Shown piece by piece: positions 37,369 through 49,047 of a stretch of 64,000 nucleotides of DNA. The stretch covers positions 2,604,001 to 2,668,000 of the forward strand of contig JAMWBK010000001.1 of NCBI GenBank assembly GCA_029953675.1, given 5' to 3'. The notes below the pieces were generated by a model, which was given only the letters and a program-made list of their open reading frames with translations, was not told where the DNA came from and ran no database searches. The stretch comes from Rhodosorus marinus CCMP1338 (lineage: Eukaryota > Plantae > Rhodophyta). The position numbers and the translations under genes were made by a program. Each line of letters begins with the position of its first letter. The first letter of the stretch is position 1.

Positions 37369-40033
37369 ATGGAGGAGCTTGTGGTGGATGTAGCTCGATC
37401 TGGAGGGGTCTCTAATTATCTGGATGAGGTCTTCCCGGATGCGGTACGTTGAAGCCAAAACTCTAGACAAGCTGGATGTGGGAATGAGAAGATGGGTGCG
37501 GGGCTAACTCGGTGCAACGGATACTATTTCCGCATATGCGTGTGCAGGAATCTGTGAAGGAACAGGCGGCCGAATTCGCGGAGCGGGTCTCTTGGGAAGC
37601 ATCTGCAGCAGAGGAAGACTACCATGGCGGTGGTGTGGATGCGGCGGACTTTTTGCCAGCGGCGTCAAGGTTCCTGGAGCGCGGGTTCGCAAACCTGGAG
37701 AGCTACCGCTCGAAACTGCTGGATATCGAGGACCAGCGGATGGGTCTCCTGAACCACTTGACGGAGCTCAGAGCGATCAACGCGGAACTTGTTCAAGCAC
37801 GTCGCGAAGAGTCTCAATTGAGAAGAGCGAAAGAAGCGGGTGACTCAATGGCAGCAATTCAGCAGGCTGTCCAGCAACGCAACGGTCACGCATGCCTACA
37901 GCTCATCGGATCCCTCAGTGGTATTGCTAACCAGGTACGAGACACCAATGACCCGGAGCTGGAAACCGCGATATCAAATATGTGCTCGGAGGTAGTGGCG
38001 TTAGGAAAATCTGCATACGAAGAAGATCTGCGGCTATCGCTGGAGGCTGAAGGGTTTCCCATGGCAATTCCAAACGCAACGAGCAAACCGAAGGGTCTGG
38101 AGCAGATTCAGGATAGGCTCGCCTTCCTTGACGCGTGGCAGTCCACGACGACACATCTGGGGCTGAATGAGAAAATTGATCTGCAGCAGCCATGGTCGAT
38201 GGCAGCTTTGATTCGCGACGGCATCGCGAGATACCGGTTCCATTTCTCTTCACCCTCGTCTTCTCTCAACGACCCCCATCACCCCGAATGGGCGGCCGAT
38301 TTTGTTTTCACCCGGCTCACGGAGGCGATGCCCTTCCTCGCAATAGTTCGACCACAAGCGGACGTGGCATTCGCAAACGCGCTCATCGGCGAGTATGTTA
38401 CCAGACTCGTCTCCGACATGAAGACTGCAAACGACGGCGAGGTAGGTGATCCCCAAAAGCTCACTGAGATCTGGTCGCATTTTAGATGGCTGGAGACCTA
38501 AGCGGTTTTCTAGCGGAACAACTCGTTGACACCTCTCTTGTTGTTTCTTGTTGTTTTATGTAGCTGATAAGGCACTCGGCGACGGTGACAATGGCGCTTG
38601 AGTTGAGACTGCATGTGCTACAACATGCTGGCTTGAACTCTCCAGTAAAGCTTTTGGTCAGCGATGAATGGTTTGTGAGCACCTGGGCTGCTGCTGAAAT
38701 GAGTCACGCGGAGCAAAAAACGAGCGAAGCCGTGCAGAAGATTCTGAACGGTGACTGGACCCTCGATGAAGCATCTTCTGTAGCATCGGCGATACAGAAT
38801 GCGGAAGAGACCTGTAGCCTGTTGGAGGACGACAAGACCAAGGCAAAAGTGTTTGGGCTCATCACCAGGCCGGTCCTGCAGTCTGTCAGGTCGACGCTTC
38901 GAGGAACGGTCGGCGGCGCAGCTGAGAACAGAGATTTCGACGTGACACTACTTGACGCCAATCGATTTAGAGCGTGCTGCCGGGCGGCCTCTTTGGCCGC
39001 GTCGGTCGGGAACATGCTCAACGAATTCCAGCAGAATTCAGTATTTTACATGCTTATGGAGGAAGCGTGCGCGAACGGCGAAGACAACGGCTCTCCACTA
39101 TTCAAACAGGATGTTAGAAGATTCCAGCAGGAGCAGGCCCACCTTTCATCCTCAATCGTACGATGCGTTGTAGATCGCTTCCGGAACGATCTCGTGCCCT
39201 ACAGAAACTGCGTTGTTTATGGAGACCTATCCGCTCCGTAAGCAAGATCTTCGATCCCTTTGAGGGCCCAGCAGCACCTTGCTGTAATCGCTACAAGGAG
39301 TTAATCCTTTTGGTGCTTGTGTCTTGAAACAGGTCTCCGGATAGCGTCCTCTCTCACGATCTTTCTGGTGAGCTTCGGGAACCGATGCAGCTTCTGGAGC
39401 GCCGATTGGGCTTGATAAAGAGCGCCCTTGGGAGGACGAGGGCTGCAAATAAGATTTGGCGTGAAATCGCCTCTGAACTTGACAAGCAGCTTTTCGATGA
39501 TATCTTCATTCTAGCGTTCGCAGGGGGAGATCAGGGCACACTCGAAGTGGTTCGTTGAACAACCCTGGCACAGTGAATGGGCTTCTTTCAAGTTCAGCGA
39601 AGCGGGAAGAAATCTAAGACGTGAACTCGAACTGTTTCTTCTTTTTTTTTTCGTTTCGCAGGCGAATAGCTCCAACGATTTCTTGTCTGCGGCAATGAGA
39701 GGTCGCATCCTTAGACAAATTTGCTTCGACGCGAGTGTGCTTGTATCGCTTTTCGAAATCTTTACGAAGAAAGTGTCCAAGGTCTTCCAGAGACTAAGTG
39801 AAGCGACTACCTTGTTGATTCTTAGCGTCGCAGGCGAAGACGAGTGGAACAAAACTTCCGAGCGCAGCCTCGTCCTCAGCGCTCTAGAGAAGCTTCCCAC
39901 AAGACCTGGTGATCAGACTGCTTCGGAGGCGGCTACCGTCCTTCGCGAAAACCTTCACGTCACAACGCTCACCCCTCGGGAGGCAAAAGAGATGCTCATC
40001 GTCGCCGGGCTGCTGCTTCCACCACTAACTTGA
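37369..40033 (+). CDS. RINT1: RINT1/TIP20 (Dsl1/NRZ tethering complex subunit), multi-exon
   Basis: ATG at 37369 (MEELVVDVAR); N-terminal coiled coil; ARYRFHFSSP..LNDPHHPEWAADF matches the family RF.YHF..KPEW motif; helical C-terminus. Confidence 0.8.
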
Positions 40034-40108
40034 CTGCAGAGAGCAATAAAATTAAGAATTTACATCCTTGACTCTCTTCCTTCGTCTTTAGGGCGCCTTG
40101 ACCTATCA

Positions 40109-40731
40109 TCATCCTAAACTGGATTCCGCTGGAGTTGAATCTACACGAGACGGCCAATCCCCACTAGGGAGCTGAGTACGCAGCACCAAAGGACAGACAA
40201 GTCGTCCAGCACCGGCAGCATTGAGAAGAAGTCTTATCCAAAGAGTCTTCTGTTTTGTGAACCGTAACCGAAGGAAGTCTGGGTTTATCAATACTCTGAC
40301 TCAATATCAAGAAACCGGAGGAGTTCCTCTTCATACGAGTAGCAGTTGTATCCCAACAAAGATAATCTCGTCTTGCGCTGCTCGTTGAACTCCTCAATGC
40401 TGGTAAGGGTTTGTGAGCTAACGCCGGCGAATCCCAAGTCCAGCAAACTACTTTTCATAACGTGTTCCGGAAACGATCTCAAGCGAACAGACGCGTCAAC
40501 ATCTCCACCACGGAATAGCGCCAACGCCGTTTCGATCTTAGTCGGGTGCTTTGGAAGAAAATCAGCAAGGAGCACTCGACCACGCGCATCACCGGTCATC
40601 GGAACCAGAGCCACAAATGCATGCAGCCGTGGCGTGAAGCTCGGTAAGCCTTGCAATCGACTTCTTCCTCTGTAAACCCGAATTAAATAGCCATCGCCAG
40701 CAGCTCCAGCGAATAAAAGAGGAGAGTCCAT
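40109..40731 (-). pseudogene. Possible degenerate Ty3/Gypsy integrase fragment
   Basis: HAFVALVP..A..VRLRSFPEHVM loosely resembles integrase ahfip..vrlHGfPe.IvSD; catalytic residues not evident. Confidence 0.25.
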
Positions 40732-40994
40732 TGCTCTTCAACTGTATTCCTTTTCCATCGAAGAAGGATCAGTTATCGTCAAGGCCTCCCCTCCAAAACA
40801 GCTCTAGGAAGAGGCCATGTTACCCACTGTGGAAAGCTCTAGGAGCAACTTTCGAGGATGAGTTGGCGTTTTTAGAGTTCGTCTGCGCTAACCTCGCTGG
40901 GTGGATATTGTCAGCTTTGCAACCTCCTATACATAGCGCACCTGTGCTCTGCACTACTGCATCATTGTCTGCGAGTACAAACATGCAAAGAGGA

Positions 40995-41904
40995 TGATGT
41001 AATTTGGATGAGAACGCAAACGAGCGGAAGCTCCGTTTCGCGCGTCTACAAATTTAGCAGCATATGAGCGCCACAGGGTCAAGAAAGCTCCGTGAGCAGA
41101 CGATCTAAACGCCGTGGGTCGTTGCGAAAGAGACCTCGGAGCCAGCGAGAACCTACACTATCTATCAAGCCAAAGCACTCAATAATGAGGGGGACAAACC
41201 GGTATGTCACCGCCGAATCGCGAAAGGTAGGGTTTGACATCGCTGCCGCGTACTGCGATTCTTTCACATGCAGCATGGACCGAGCTGCAGGTTCACCTCC
41301 GCATCGACATTTAAGTCCATAGCGGATGGCTCTCCCGCGTCTTCACAAGGCTCCGCACCGGCAGAAAGACGCCCAAGCTGGAAACACCTGAGCAAAGTCA
41401 GGATGATTCTCCGAAAGCGAGTTTCCAAGGCAAGGAAATCTTGGACAGCAGCATGGAGAAAACCCTTATTTGAAAGCCGATCTAGCAGGTTTTTCTGAAC
41501 CCGTGAAAGGCGCAAAATAGGCGAAACCGTCAAGGTCAGAATATCCTCTGCGCGAGCGCCAAGGAGATCCGAAGAGGCGAGGGATTCCTAAGAGAAACGG
41601 TCAAAATCAAGCATGAAAGAAACGCGAGCGCGTGTCAAAGCCTTGATGAGCTAACAAAGGTCTCTGCGCAGGAGGCGTTTTCAACGAAGTAGAGAGGATT
41701 TGATGCGCGGTATCTGTCACAAGAAGCAAGCATGGGGTCCCGAAAAATCAGCGTGGAGAAAATCGCCGGGCGACGCGCCGAGGCACGAGGCCATCGTGTC
41801 ACGAACATCTCGGACAGGAATGTGGGCCGCGGAGCGCGAGGAGCGCTGGGGACGCACGTTGGCCATCAAGACCCAGCGCAGAGGAGATATGGTGCGTTTA
41901 ACAG
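40995..41904 (-). mobile_element. CRE-like family A copy, internally deleted (5' coding region joined directly to the RLE C-terminus; no RT)
   Basis: 41290-41904 is homologous to 42990-43640; 41000-41290 reads YAAAMSNPTFRDSAVTYRFVPLIIECFGLIDSVG; junction at ~41290. Confidence 0.85.
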
Positions 41905-42212
41905 GCTATCTTTGGATGAATGTACATTCTGGGCTGAGCCTGCCGTTGACTCTGTTCAACGCACCATATCTCCTCAACATCTATCTCCTCTGCGCTGGGT
42001 CTTGATGGCCAACGTGCGACCCCAGCGCTCCTCGCGCTCCGGGGCCCGCATTCCTGTCCGAGATTTTCGTGACACGATGGCCTCGTGCCTCGGCGCGTCG
42101 CCCGGCGATTTTCTCCACGTTGATTTTTCGGGACCCCATGCTTGCTTCTTGTGACAGATACCGCGCATCAAATCCTCTCTACTTCGTTGAAAACGCCTCC
42201 TGCGCAGAGACC
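41659..42212. repeat. Large inverted repeat: arms 41659-41904 and 41952-42212, 47-bp spacer
   Basis: Arms are reverse complements with about 6 substitutions and a 15-bp indel (manual alignment). Confidence 0.95.
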
Positions 42213-42232
42213 TGTGTTCGAGAATTGCCGTT

Positions 42233-45200
42233 TTGGATTGTGATTGTGGTCTGGAGTTGGGTTTGGCGCATTTTTGGGTGCCTAAGTGTTCTTTCGTGGG
42301 AGGCGCTGCTTTCAGCGGTCTTTCCCCCGCTTGTTTCTCGGTCTGTGTAAAACGGTTGGTGGTTGTTAGGGCGCTTTGACGTTCTCCGCGGGTTGCGGAG
42401 GTGTTTCTCTTTTTCTTCGGGTGGGTTCGAGTGCGTTTTTGGCGGGGATTTCCCTTGGACGCAGAAGGTGCCTGGTGGTTGTGCCCTTCTACGGCGTTCT
42501 TTCGCGGTCCCCCTCGTGATGGCCGCGTCGAGCACCCCACCGTTGTCTGTGGAACTCCGGCTTGGGCGATTTGGCACGCTCGCCGAGCTGCCAGGTTGCT
42601 CCAAGGCTACCGCAGAGGCCCTAGTCATTCATATTGCTCGCGCTGTTGCTGTTGCTGCTGAGGCCAACCGCCTCCGGAACTGACTTCCTCCCTTGCCGCC
42701 TTTGCCTATGCCCCGGGTCCTGGCTCGCCGTCGGCGGCGGTGGCTGTCCCACCTGCCTTTGTCCCACCTGTGCCTCTTCCATCTGGGACGATCGCTACTG
42801 GGACAGCTGTCCTTGCCACCGCGGTCCAGTCGACCCGAACTCCTAGGGCAGATTCCTCGGTATCTGGCCCTGTGCCCCATGCTGCTCCTTTTCGCCCTTC
42901 GCGTCCTTCCTATTCCCAAGTCCTCCGGCGTGGGACTGTTGAGGCCCGAGCGGAGGCCCTGGTAAGTGCTTTCCCGCCTGAGCCTGCTGTTGACTCTGTT
43001 CAGCGCACACTCTCTCCTCTGCGTTGGGTCTTAATGACCAATGTGCGACCCCAGCGCTCCTCGCCCTCCGGCCCGCATTCCTGTTCGCGATTTTCGAGAC
43101 ACCATCGCCTCGTGCCTGGACACGTCCCCTCGCGATTTTCTCTACGTTGATTTTTCGGGGTTACGTTACCCCAGCGCCTTTCCCGCGTTCAGAAGAACCT
43201 GCTCGACCGGCTTCCAACTAACCCGTGCTTCCTGGTCTCCGATACCGCTTATCAAATCCTCTCTACGCTGTTGAAAACGCCTCCCTCACAGCCGCCGGTT
43301 TTAGCGAATAAGATTCCGACTAGCGCCCACGTGTCCCTCGTGCTTGACTTTGACCGTTTTTCCTCTGACTCGCTTGCGCCTGCGGATCTGCTTGGGGCGC
43401 GCCCCGAGGACCTTCTGCGATCGGCGATTTCGGCGCATTTTGAGCGCCTTTCCCGCGTTCAGAAGAACCTGCTCGACCGGCTTCCAACTCGGGGCATTCT
43501 CCACTCCGCTGTCCAAGATTTCCTTATCTCTGAAACTTCGCTTTTGGAGAACCATGTTGATTTTGCTGAGGTGTTCCCGGTGGGGGGTCTCTCTGCGGGC
43601 GTAGAGCCTCTGGCTGTGGTTGAGCCTTCTGCCATGGATTTTGCTGGCGGGGAGTCGGAGGTGGATCCGCTCGCCCTCGAGCCTAGTACCCCCTCGCCAT
43701 TTGGCGTTCGGGGTCGGGTTTCCGCGGTTCTGGCGGACGCTTACGCGTCCTTGACTTCTTTGCGTGGTCCTCCGCCCAAGCGTCCTCATTTGACGCAAGT
43801 GGCGGGGGCGCCTTCCCCAGCTTCCCCTACGGATTCACATCCAGTCGACGCTTCCTCAGAGGTGAGGGAGCAGGATGCCTTAGTCCTTCCGGGATCACTG
43901 CGAGCTCCCTGCTTTTTTTACCAGCTCCGGTAGCTTTGAGGCCTGGCGTTCTCGCCTTTTCTCTTGGTTCTCGGGGTTTGTTGCTGGTTTTCCCTTTGGG
44001 GAAATCCCCTTTTGCTCTCAATCTCCTCCGGCTTGCCTTCCTCATCGGCTGCGCCGGCGGGTGTCTTTTCTTTTGGACTTTTTACTGATGGAGGTGGCCG
44101 ACCACCCTCAGGATGCACTTGCTTGGCAACTCCTGTTTCTTTTTCCTCGACTAGTGCTCACTGTCTCCCAAGGGCGCCATGCCTGTCCCATTAGACGTAA
44201 AGTCCAGTCTTTTCTTGCAGGGGACTTTGCTTTCCTGGAATCTTTGTACCTTGCTAGTGTGTCTACTTCCTCTTTGTGTTCGACTTCGCCTCCTTCTCGT
44301 TCTCGTCGACAGGCTAGGGCAAAGGCAGCAGTGGCACAGGGGGATATTCGGCGGGGGGCGGCCATTCTCCAGCAACGCGTTTCAGTCGAGCGTTATCGAA
44401 CTGACTTGGCTGACACAGTTGCCGCGTTGTTTCCTGCGCATGACGCGAGTTGGAACCCTGCGTTCCAGCGTGTCTTAGATCCTTATGTCGCCTCCACGAC
44501 TGACACGGGCAGGTTGCTTTTTCGGCCTGAAGAGGTTTTGGCCCTTCTTGGGTCCGCCCCGAAGGGTCGTGCACCGGGTCCCTCAGGTCTCCGGGTTGAG
44601 CTTTTCTACTGGTTGGGCGAGGAGGGCCTCGGCGCCCTTGCGCGAGTGGTGGAGAGTCTTGTAAATGGGGATGATTTTTGCGACGATGCATGGGCCCTAC
44701 TGTCGCGGTCGCACCTGGTGCTACTGCCTAAGCCTGGGCATTCGCGCCAGACGCCATCGCTACGCCCCATCGGGATGTGCGAGACCCTGCGCAAGTTGGG
44801 GAGCCGTTTTCTGTCTCGCAGGCTCACTAATGAGGCACGGAGTTTTTTTCGGCCTGACCCAGGTGGGTGTGGGCTATTCGGGCGGCTGTGAGCTGGTGAC
44901 TCGCATCATGCAGTTGGACAGCCTCGGGGAGGAGCCTTTCGGTACACTTTCGGTCGATTTTGCAAACGCCTTTAACAGCGTGTCGCGTGTTCACGCGCTC
45001 GAGGTGGTTCGTCAGCTCTTCCCATCGGGTTTCCTTTCGTGCGCCGGGTCTACGGGGAGGGGTCAACTTGCCCTCGCCTTGTCACCTTGGGTGCAGACAG
45101 CCAGAGCTTTGTGTCACAGACGGGTGTTCAGCAGGGAGACCCCTTAGGGCCTCTTCTGCACGCATGGTAACCCAAAAAACCCTTTCGTGGGACATACATC

Positions 45201-46067
45201 GGGACTCGTATGCAACCCCTCTGAGTTTACCTTCGTGCTCGGCGTCGACTTTGGCTCGCCTGCGCGGTTTGGGGTGGAGTCTCGGCTCCTGCTTCTTCAC
45301 GGTCATACCTGCGTATCCGCGGTTGGCGCTTACCGATCTCGAACTTCGTGTAAGCTTACGACTTTACCTGGGCTTCCCGCAACCCCCTTGGCCTGTTGAG
45401 CGGGATTCTAGATGCGCATTGTGCGGGGCCAATGTACCGTTGGGTGATTATGGTGCGCATTTGTTGGCGTCTTGTGCGGAGGTTCAAGGGGCCCGGACCA
45501 GACGCCATACGCGGCTCAACCGCTTGCTTTTCCGCTACCTTCGTTCTCAATCGCTCGGTACGGACCGAGAAGTGGTCCCTCTGGCGGTGGCATCGGAAAT
45601 TGCTGATGAGAGTGACGCCCCAGCGGTACAGCGGGTGGCGGCGGATCTCGTTGTGACTGACCTCAATGCGCGTCGCAGTGAGTACATTGACCGCTCCATC
45701 CCTTGTCCTCAGGCGACCAGGCGCGCCTGCCTGCGTCGGCTCGGCGTCGAGGAGCTGCAGCTCGGTCCATGCGACAAGTGAAAGATTCGGAGTACGCGGC
45801 AGCGATGTCAAACCCTACCTTTCGCGATTCGGCGGTGACATACCGGTTCGTCCCCCTCATTATTGAGTGCTTTGGCTTGATAGATAGTGTAGGTTCTCGC
45901 TGGCTGCGAGCTCTGTTTCGCAACGACCCAGGGCGTTTAGATAGTCTGCTCACGGAGCTTTCTTTGACCCTGTGGCGCTCCAATTATGCTTTGTTTGTGG
46001 ACGCGCGTCATCAGCGTCTTTTCTCTCGCTTCTCAGCGTAGTTAGCCTCTGGATAAACGGATCATCA
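42233..46067 (+). mobile_element. Near full-length but inactive CRE-like (RLE-clade) non-LTR retrotransposon, family A
   Basis: G/T-rich 5' leader; Pro/Ala-rich N-terminal ORF; RT motifs LVLLPKPG..LRPIGMCETLRKL, QVGVG, VDFANAFNSVSR, GVQQGDPLGPLL; CCHC RCALCG..GAHLLASC..RRH; RLE RVAADLVV..YID..K..Y..FVPLIIECFG; frameshifts, and a deletion at ~45170 removes YxDD; ends gataaacggatcatca. Confidence 0.93.
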
Positions 46068-46158
46068 ATGAACACGCGACACGCTGTTAAAGGCGTTCGC
46101 AAAATCGACCGAAAGTGTACCGAAAGGCTCCTCCCCGAGGCTGTCCAACTGCATGATG

Positions 46159-46302
46159 ATCATCCGTTTATTCAGAGGCCAGCTACTCTGAGAAGCGAGA
46201 GACAGGACGCTGATGACGCGCGTCCACAAACAAAGCAGAATTGGAGCGCCACAGGGTCAAAAAAAGCTCCGTGAGCAGACTATCTAAACGCCCTGGGTCG
46301 CT
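46159..46302 (-). mobile_element. 5'-truncated family A insertion nested in a family A RT, with 7-bp TSD
   Basis: CATGATG at 46152-46158 and 46303-46309; the uninterrupted site CATCATG is present at 44904-44910. Confidence 0.9.
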
Positions 46303-46820
46303 CATGATGCGAGTCACCAGTTCACAGCCGCTTGAATAGCCCACACCCACCCCGGGTCAGGCCGAAAAAATCCCGCGATCGTCCCAGATGGAACAGGCAC
46401 AGGTGGGACAGGGGCAGGTGGGACAGCCACCGCCGTCGACGGCGAGCCGGGACCCGGGGCATTGGCAAAGGCGGCAGGGGAGGAAGTCAGCTCCGGGAGG
46501 CGGTTGGCCTCAGCAGCAACAGCAACAGCGCGAGCAATATGAATGACTAGGGCCTCTGCGGTAGCCTTGGAGCAACCTGGCAGCTTGGCGAGCGTGCCAA
46601 ATCGCCCAACCGGAGTTCCAGACAACGGTGGGGTGCTCGACGCGGCCATCACGAGGGGGACCGCGAAATAACGCCGTAGAAGGGCACAACCACCAGGCAC
46701 CTTCTGATTCCAAGGGAAATCCCCCCCAAAAACGCACTCGAACCCACCCGAAGAAAAAGAGAAACACCTACGCAACCCCCGAAGAACGTCAAAACCCACT
46801 AAACCAACCGTTTTACACAG

Positions 46821-47185
46821 TCCTCAGGCGACCAGATACCTACCCGCATCTGCAAGCTGCCGTGGCGCTGCGGCTCGGTCAATGCGGCAGCTGAAGGAGT
46901 CCCAGTACGCTGCAGCTATGTTGGACTCTACGCTCTGCGATTCGGCCTTGCCCTATCCGTTTGTTCCACTCATCATCGAGTGCTTTGGTTTATTTGATTG
47001 TGTCGGCTCTCGCTGGCTTCGTGGGCTCTTTCGTCACAGCCCAAGTCGTCTTGATAGCCTCCTCACGGAGCTGTCCTTGACCTTATGGCGTTCCAACGCG
47101 GCTTTATTGTTCGACGCGCGTCATCAGCGTCTTGTTTCTCGCTTCTCAGGGTAGTTAGGCTCTGATAAACTGATGATGATGATGA
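46821..47185 (+). mobile_element. 5'-truncated family A insertion nested in a family A 5' region, with (TGA)5 tail
   Basis: Splits the sequence ccgttttacacag|accgag that is intact (as reverse complement) at ~42325-42345; MRQLKESQYAAAM..FVPLIIECFG..RFSG*. Confidence 0.9.
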
Positions 47186-47379
47186 CCGAGAAACAAGCGG
47201 GGGAAAGACCGCTGAAAGCAGCGCCTCCCACGAAAGAACACTTAGGCACCCAAAAATGCTCCAAACCCAACTCCAGACCACGATCACAATCCAAATCCCT
47301 ATCTATGCTGGGGGGGTTTCCCTGTCCAGGGGGAGCCAGCTTCGGAGGAAAAAAGAAGAGAAAAGGAGAAAAATACACA

Positions 47380-47530
47380 GTCGACAACGAAATGGAAGAC
47401 TTTCCGAAGCCAGACGCCTTCGATGGCCAGCGGGACTACATCAAAGTCGAAGGCTTCGTGGCGTCGCTCCGGGATATCTCCATTTTTATCCACACGGGGA
47501 CCCGGAAACACTGCTACCCTGGATGTTGAT
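47380..47530 (+). pseudogene. Possible Ty3/Gypsy gag N-terminal fragment
   Basis: EDFPKPDAFDGQRDYIKVEGFVASL resembles the gag P.P..FdG.r...v..fl pattern. Confidence 0.35.
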
Positions 47531-47739
47531 TCCGAGAGTTCCCGAAGCTCTGAAGGTATTTTTGCCGGGTTTATAACGTCCGGACCTTCATCTGTTATAT
47601 CTTTGGGAGCCTCGCTTCACTGCTTTCTCGCCCCGTCTCACACCGCCTGTGCTGTACCAGCACTGCCGTTTTAGATATCCCCTCCGACCGCATTGGTGAC
47701 ATTGTGATCCGGAATTCCTTCGTGGGGGATCATAGCTGT

Positions 47740-48522
47740 GATGATCCGTTTATTCAGAGCGAAACTACACTGAAAATCGAGAAACAAGACGCTGATGAGG
47801 CGCGTCCAACAATAAAGCAGCGTTGGAAAGCCACAGGGTCAAGGACAGCTCCGTGAGGAGGCTATCAAGACGACCTGGGTTGTTTCGAAAGAGCCCACGA
47901 AGCCAACGAGAACCTACACTATCAACTAAACCAAAGCACTCGATGATGAGTGGAACAAACCGATAGGGCAATGCCGAAGCGCGAAGCGTAGTCTTCCATA
48001 GCCGCAGCGTACTGGGCTTCCTTCAGTTGCCGCATTGACTGAGCTGCAGCGCCTCGGCGTCGAGCAGACGCTGGCATTTATCTGGTAGCCTGAGGACAAG
48101 GGATGGAAAGGTCGATGTAATCACTCCGACGAGCACTCAGATCAGTCACCGCAAGGTCCGCCACCCGTTGCACCACTGGGGCGTCAGACGCATCAGTAAT
48201 TGCCGTTGCCACCGGCAGGGGGATCTCATACTCCACCTCCCGGTCCGTGCCCAGCACCTGAGAACGAAGATGGCGGAAGAGAAGCGGTTGAGCCGCGTAT
48301 GGCGTCGAGTCCAGGCGCCTTGGATCTGTGGACAAGATGCCAACAGGTGCCCACCAAGATCACCGCAAGGCCCCGAGCCGCCGCACAGGTTACATCTCGA
48401 ATCCCTGTCCGCAGGCCATGGCGGTTGTGGCAACCCGAGGTACATGCGCAAGCTTGTATGCAGCTCGAAGTCTGTCACCACCAACCGCGGGTAGGCAGGA
48501 ATGACCGTAAAGAAGCGAGAGC
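47740..48522 (-). mobile_element. 5'-truncated family A copy (CCHC and RLE) with 10-bp TSD
   Basis: TCATAGCTGT at 47730-47739 and 48523-48532; RCNLCG..GGHLLASC..RRH; RVADLAV..YIDLSIP; tail gaataaacggatcatc. Confidence 0.92.
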
Positions 48523-49027
48523 TCATAGCTGTACTGCGTCAGACTCTCTCTTGGGTTTTACTGTGAAACTAACAACCCCGGATGGGAGTCCTAAGCTAAT
48601 GATGATGATGATGATAATTGGAAACAGGAGTGACAAACATGTGACGTCTAGTAGATATTCATCTACTATAACGCCAACTACCTAGTACTCCCGGTACTCT
48701 TTCGGCTATTGAGAGCAGCCCAGGCGTTGCATCTCCACAGCGTGCGGTTCATCGCGTCTAGAGCTCTAGTGAGGGCGCTGCGGTTTTACAGGAGATGCGC
48801 CCGGGTGTCAGGCGCACATGCCGCCTCGCTCTTGCAATACTATATGTACAGTACGCTTGGACTCCACGGGCCTGTCCAGAGGGTCGATAGTGATGCTATA
48901 GGACACCTTTTCTTTGGACGAGAGTCCAAAATGCATATTCGTTGTTTAGGTAGAAAGTCTGCATGCCTAGGACGAACCTAGAACCTGCAGGCCCAAGCGT
49001 CTAGGTGCGTATGCCATAGCCTGAATG

Positions 49028-49047
49028 TATATATATATATATATATA
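49028..49047. repeat. (TA)n microsatellite
   Basis: tatatatatatatatatata. Confidence 0.9.

Larger units (their letters stand above)
46068..47303 (-). mobile_element. Internally deleted family A copy (5' region fused to an RT fragment), interrupted by two nested insertions
   Basis: 47186-47303 plus 46380-46820 match 42233-42800; 46310-46375 plus 46068-46158 match RT 44845-44995. Confidence 0.88.

Noticed and set aside
43885-43933. Programmed ribosomal frameshift between an ORF1 and the RT ORF at the T7A run
   Set aside because: The RT frame is +1, not -1, relative to the upstream ORF, and the copy has several other frameshifts; a single-base insertion near 43882 in a single-ORF element is the simpler explanation
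26239-48532. Functional link between the Mut-7-like nuclease and neighbouring TE islands as a defence locus
   Set aside because: The gene sits among housekeeping genes more than 12 kb from either island; proximity alone is not evidence
44904-48532. Strict sequence-specific targeting of ATC repeats by family A
   Set aside because: Only one readable target (CATCATG) fits; the others (ACAGCTATGA, cacag|accgag, atgaac) do not
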